A stretch of 64,000 nt of DNA from the NCBI GenBank assembly GCA_030429765.1, contig JAUIER010000021.1, positions 1,619-65,618 on the forward strand, given 5' to 3'. Source of the DNA: a bacterium (GTDB taxonomy: Bacteria > Omnitrophota > Gorgyraeia > Zapsychrales > Zapsychraceae). Shown piece by piece: positions 60,722 through 64,000 of the stretch (within the stretch, counting starts at the first letter, position 1; every line of letters starts with the position of its first letter). The notes beneath the pieces were generated by a model. It made no database searches. It was not told the DNA's origin and saw only the letters and a list, made by a program, of their open reading frames with translations. Position numbers and translations under genes: made by a program.

Positions 60722-63016
60722 CTAGGCTTTGAGTTCTTGGATATCAGTTAATCCTAATAGGAACTTCTCCCCGCTTTTACCCTGTCCTTCATACGCCAAT
60801 CGGTAACAGTAACGCATACCGTTACGCCCGGCCTGAACAATCACATACTCAAACTCGATTAACTCCCTTAAATGAATGTGTAACCGGGTATTGCTCCATC
60901 CCGTGAACTCCCGGATATCCCGACGGCTGAATGTTACACCTGATCGGCTAGGCGCCTCGTCTTTTAAATCTTTGATTTTATGCTCGATCATGTCATCTAG
61001 CTGGATCAAAAGGTCCCGGCTAGGCTGTGAGAGTTCATCCAACGACCTGCCCAAAACTTCATGGGCTAACTTGTTGGTAATCTCGATATCCACAATATCC
61101 ACTTCGATGAACGGAATGGAATTGCCGTTTTTATTTTCATATTTAACCTCTTTGACCATCTGCCGTAAAAAGGCCACTGTCTTTATTAAGTTCAAGTATT
61201 TTGGTTGATCTCGCCGGCTCTGTAACCGATCATCCCCGTATGTTAACTTATCGGCGTATGGATTCTTGACCGCCATGTTCTTTAACAACCGTTGAAAATT
61301 CCTGTGCCGTTTAATAACATTTTCAATTTGTACGTTGTGCGTTGGCCCATCGGATAAATGATTCTTCCGTTGGAAATTCAGGATTTTCCGGGTCTGCTCA
61401 CGGCTTTCATCAATGGACGTTACGAAAAACCGGGATTTGGTTTCAGGGTCTATTTTGGGGTTGGTCGTCGTTAAAAATACAGCTGTCGGCCCCTCAACCC
61501 TGTTTTCCATAGTGGTTAATTTCCCGGTCGCTAAATCCTTAATCGTGGATTCACTGGCAAGGCTCCTCGCACTGATTAAATTCCGTATGGCATAACTGGC
61601 GTCTTCGGCCCCGTCGCCTTCTTCCAATGCCAATACTTTGTGCTTCAATGATTGGGCGTCCTTATAGAACAATGCTTTTCCTGAAAGGCTCGTTAGCTTG
61701 CGCAAATCTTCTTCCGGGCAAAATGTACAGACCGCATCCTGTAAGGCTGTCTTGCCTGCCCCTGAACTCGACATAATCAATAACGCCAAAGGCACGTCTC
61801 TTTTACGGCTGGTCATAACAAGATACCCCAATAATTTGTTAGGCTCCTCACCTACGAGTCCGCACACTTCAAAATCCTTGATGATCTGCTCCATTAAATC
61901 GGGGCGCTTGCCGAATTCTTCCGCTTCCCTTTTCTCCCGTTCGCTCATACACTCTAAAACGGATATATCGGCCTTATCTCTGCCCGGCTGGTATTTCTCA
62001 CAAGCCACCATTAAACGGGTCACATCACTTTCGATGGTTTCAGGGGATTGAGCGAAAATCCGGCATATATCTTGGATCAATGCTTTGCGTGCCCTCGCCG
62101 TATAAAAATCCAAAGTATCCACGTGCAATTTCCCGGCATGCTTAACCCGTACCGTCGCCCTTAACCGCCTTGCGGACTTGGCGAGTCCAATCACCTGATA
62201 TTTCCGCTGTCCATAGCAGACCGATATATCCGCATCTGGATCACCGTCCGGATCGTCCACACGTTTATTCTGCAAACTTTCATTGATATCCGCATCCAAG
62301 AAGGATGTTAACTGCTCCCGCCCCTCAGCTATTAAATAGCTGTTGATGCTATGATCCATCGGCAACTGCCTGACTTGGCAGTTAATCGCATGGTCATTAA
62401 ATAGTTCGACAAGGTTGGTTTCCTGTCCGTTGCCGTTAACAATCATGATGTTGCTCACTCCACAGTCTTTAAAGAGTTTCGCATCTTCATGGCTAACTGA
62501 ATATTCTCCTACTGTTGCAACCACATTAAAGTAGCCTACACTGGCAACGCTTAAGGCATCTATCACGGATGATACTAGTACAATATTTGGGTACGTCTTA
62601 ATAACTCCCGTATTCCATAATCCAGAGGGTTGACTAGGCAAGTAAACAGGAGTTTCCTGTCCTGCTTTAGTACAGTAACCGCATAATGTCCTGATATTGC
62701 CTTCAAAATCATACACCGGGATAACCAGACAATTCTCAAACCGTTCTTCTGCTTTTGCATCTAAAATACCTGTCTGAACTAAATCATCAATAATCTGTCC
62801 CTTACGGGGTAATATCTGCCTTAATTGACCATCGGAATATCCAATGGCGTATCTATCCCATATCCCGGTATCGGTAATCCCTTGTTGATTAAGAAAGTCC
62901 CGTCCTTCGCTCGTATCGGCTAAATTCTTGGCATATACCGACACTACCTTGTCTAATAACTGCCTGACCTTTTCCTGAGAAACACAACTCTCCCTAATCT
63001 CCTGCTTACTTGTCAT
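60722..63016 (-). CDS. DnaG-like primase (degenerate Toprim) fused to P-loop ATPase, mobile-element type
   Basis: IGYSDG, RF.NCLVIP..D..GNI, IDALS; Walker A SSSGAGKT, Walker B LALEE; C-terminal wHTH-like FSRRDIRE.TGW. Confidence 0.8.
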   Translation of the reverse strand: MTSKQEIRESCVSQEKVRQLLDKVVSVYAKNLADTSEGRDFLNQQGITDTGIWDRYAIGYSDGQLRQILPRKGQIIDDLVQTGILDAKAEERFENCLVIPVYDFEGNIRTLCGYCTKAGQETPVYLPSQPSGLWNTGVIKTYPNIVLVSSVIDALSVASVGYFNVVATVGEYSVSHEDAKLFKDCGVSNIMIVNGNGQETNLVELFNDHAINCQVRQLPMDHSINSYLIAEGREQLTSFLDADINESLQNKRVDDPDGDPDADISVCYGQRKYQVIGLAKSARRLRATVRVKHAGKLHVDTLDFYTARARKALIQDICRIFAQSPETIESDVTRLMVACEKYQPGRDKADISVLECMSEREKREAEEFGKRPDLMEQIIKDFEVCGLVGEEPNKLLGYLVMTSRKRDVPLALLIMSSSGAGKTALQDAVCTFCPEEDLRKLTSLSGKALFYKDAQSLKHKVLALEEGDGAEDASYAIRNLISARSLASESTIKDLATGKLTTMENRVEGPTAVFLTTTNPKIDPETKSRFFVTSIDESREQTRKILNFQRKNHLSDGPTHNVQIENVIKRHRNFQRLLKNMAVKNPYADKLTYGDDRLQSRRDQPKYLNLIKTVAFLRQMVKEVKYENKNGNSIPFIEVDIVDIEITNKLAHEVLGRSLDELSQPSRDLLIQLDDMIEHKIKDLKDEAPSRSGVTFSRRDIREFTGWSNTRLHIHLRELIEFEYVIVQAGRNGMRYCYRLAYEGQGKSGEKFLLGLTDIQELKA

Positions 63017-63060
63017 ATTAACCCTCCCGTTTATCGGCTGACTAATTTATTTTCATTGGC

Positions 63061-63107
63061 ATATCATATATGGTATAGTATTATATTCCATATGTAGTAT
63101 TTGTCAA
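63061..63107 (-). promoter_or_regulatory. consensus sigma70 promoter for the primase operon with two operator-like boxes
   Basis: Minus strand TTGACA-N16-TATAAT; boxes ATATCATATATGGTAT (63061-63076) and ATTCCATATGTAGTAT (63085-63100). Confidence 0.65.
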
Positions 63108-63180
63108 CCCAAATTATTTACACCCAAATGTATATTCACGATGTAATTTGTGGTATAGTATTTCTTACCAAAGGAAACTT

Positions 63181-63507
63181 ATGAAATACGCTAAAAACAT
63201 TAAAAAATTACGTATCAAAGCAGGGTTATCCCAAGATGAATTCGCCCGGCTTTTAAAAGTCCCCCAACCAAATGTCAACCGCTGGGAAAATGGTGTAATT
63301 ACCCCCTCCTTAAAAACCATTGAAAAAATGGCCCAAGTTCTACAAGTCCCGTCAGATGCCATCCTGTTTAACAAATCCGACAAAGAAAAAATCAAAACGT
63401 CCAGTAAAGCCTTAACAGCACGCCTTAAGAAAATCGAAAAACTATCCTATACTGATCAACAAGCCATATTCCAAATCATTGACGCCTTCCTCAAATCCAA
63501 AAAGTAA
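63181..63507 (+). CDS. XRE-family HTH regulator
   Basis: IKKLR...GLSQ.E.A..L.V....V.RWENG...P; divergent from the primase. Confidence 0.92.
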   Translation: MKYAKNIKKLRIKAGLSQDEFARLLKVPQPNVNRWENGVITPSLKTIEKMAQVLQVPSDAILFNKSDKEKIKTSSKALTARLKKIEKLSYTDQQAIFQIIDAFLKSKK

Positions 63508-63508
63508 T

Positions 63509-64000
63509 TTACTGTTCTTTCGGCACCCCATACGTCTTTATAAAATCCTCCTTGAGAATAAAATTAAAATACTGTCCAACTGCAATCAATCGCCCTGATT
63601 TCACCAGATCATGCTCAATCTTGAGTAATTTATCCCTGATCTGCTCTGTCTCGCAGATATAGACCACATTCCGATCCTTAACGTCCTTCCGCTTAGCGTA
63701 AAACTGAAATATCTTCCCGTACCGACCCGGAGCCTTCAAAGACCGTTCATACTCCAAAAAGTACTTCTGACGACTGCCGTCTTTCCGCTGTCTCCAAAAT
63801 ATCGCATCCGGCACCTTATGAGCCGTTATCCCATCTTTCTTATGTACAGGTAATGACCTGATATATTCCTCACTCCACCAGTCCACCACATTGATCTTGT
63901 CCACTTTTTCTAATATCGTCCTTAATTTATTGATCTCTAAAGAATGAGGAACCTTAGATAACAGCTTTTCACCCCGCACCTTGAACCTTGGAATATCTGG
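63509..64000 (-). CDS. replication-relaxation family (PD-(D/E)xK) protein, 5' part outside window
   Basis: Frame open to the edge; H.L, VPDA, FLEYERS.K...Y.K.F..Y. Confidence 0.65.
   Translation of the reverse strand, partial: PDIPRFKVRGEKLLSKVPHSLEINKLRTILEKVDKINVVDWWSEEYIRSLPVHKKDGITAHKVPDAIFWRQRKDGSRQKYFLEYERSLKAPGRYGKIFQFYAKRKDVKDRNVVYICETEQIRDKLLKIEHDLVKSGRLIAVGQYFNFILKEDFIKTYGVPKEQ

Larger units (their letters stand above)
53167..63507. mobile_element. integrative element/island: XRE, primase-ATPase, tandem tyrosine recombinases, CBASS and Rhs cargo
   Basis: Gene content plus visibly lower GC than the first 50 kb; boundaries approximate. Confidence 0.75.

Noticed and set aside
1-64000. 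CRISPR arrays, tRNA or rRNA genes
   Set aside because: No regularly spaced repeats or RNA-gene signatures seen by eye; tRNAscan and CRISPR finders were not run.

Overview
Bacterial genomic window in two parts. (1) Positions 1 to ~50.8 kb are chromosomal, moderate-GC and almost all on the minus strand. They hold a respiratory gene cluster: alternative complex III actABCDEF, two cytochrome bd-like/heme-c membrane proteins, a NarI-like protein that keeps only its distal-heme ligands, ccoI, ccoS and a fused ccoNO cut by the window edge. Next come an outer-membrane barrel, an orphan ribonucleotide reductase beta subunit with class Ic (Mn/Fe) signatures, an Rrf2 regulator, infA, fused otsAB and a SCO/PCuAC copper module. 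A long stress-related tract follows (three MscS, CsbD, DUF1328, cls, a two-component system, MsrAB, OxyR). (2) Positions ~50.9-64 kb form a visibly AT-richer island: AbrB/PIN toxin-antitoxin pair, a DDE transposase, two orphan Rhs modules that begin at the same codon behind a similar ~70-bp non-coding leader, a CBASS operon (small PD-(D/E)xK-like protein, patatin effector, CD-NTase, stand-alone E2/SEC-C protein), two tandem tyrosine recombinases (one frameshifted) flanked by matching palindromes, a degenerate primase/ATPase, an XRE regulator and a partial replication-relaxation protein. The best candidate for a new system is a tandem-recombinase element that may stack Rhs toxin-tip and defence cassettes. 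No rRNA, tRNA or CRISPR array was seen. All calls come from manual motif reading; no database search was run.
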